Translations under genes and position numbers: made by a program
Virus record (IMG/VR): IMGVR_UViG_3300032268_000986
Coordinates: 278,866 to 342,865 of that record
Strand: one strand, 5' to 3'
DNA: 64,000 nucleotides
Part shown: positions 63,919-64,000 of the stretch, in pieces
Layout of the letters: each line of letters opens with the position of its first letter
How positions within the stretch are numbered: the first letter of the stretch is position 1
The notes under the pieces: generated by a model
What the model saw: the letters and a program-made list of their open reading frames with translations, nothing else
Told to the model about the DNA's origin: nothing
Databases searched by the model: none

Positions 63919-64000
63919 GTTGTTCTCCTGTGTATGTGTGTGTTGATCCGGTCCCGCCCCTTGCAGGACAAGATTGCTACACGAGCATGTTTACTTATAA

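Noticed and set aside
1-64000. Alternative genetic code (stop-codon reassignment)
   Set aside because: Core genes are full length in the standard code and tile the window densely with coupled TAA/TGA stops.
1-64000. tRNA or rRNA genes
   Set aside because: Intergenic gaps are short and no cloverleaf with a T-loop and acceptor stem was found by eye. A tRNAscan-SE run would be the definitive check.

Overview
This window comes from a large T4-like (myovirus-type) dsDNA phage, probably environmental. No host chromosome, rRNA, tRNA, CRISPR or IS features were recognised. Left to right it holds: (1) replication/accessory genes, including a 186-aa mini-DnaE, a putative clamp-loader small subunit, a radical SAM enzyme, UvsW helicase and an AAA ATPase; (2) small early genes behind near-consensus sigma70 promoters; (3) a ~8.5 kb block of ten glycan-synthesis genes (8952-17380); (4) UvsY, UvsX and gp32, with an AT-rich radical SAM insertion; (5) large terminase, putative protease-processed internal head proteins, a gp16-like gene, gp4, tail tube and sheath, dNMP kinase, exonuclease and neck/terminator genes gp13-15; (6) six consecutive Gly/Asn/Thr-rich fibre genes (45891-60793), closely followed by a Maf/CstII-like transferase and, one gene further, a TPR-GT-B glycosyltransferase. 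T4-type late promoters (NTAAATA) precede many late genes. About ten would give leaderless mRNAs, and four sit in the loop of a hairpin that masks the SD or start codon. The main hypothesis is a late-expressed, phage-encoded glycosylation system for virion fibres that are very rich in N-X-T/S sequons. All product calls come from recognising motifs by eye, with no database search. Several starts were moved from the supplied ORF track, and one uncalled ORF (1-562) was added.
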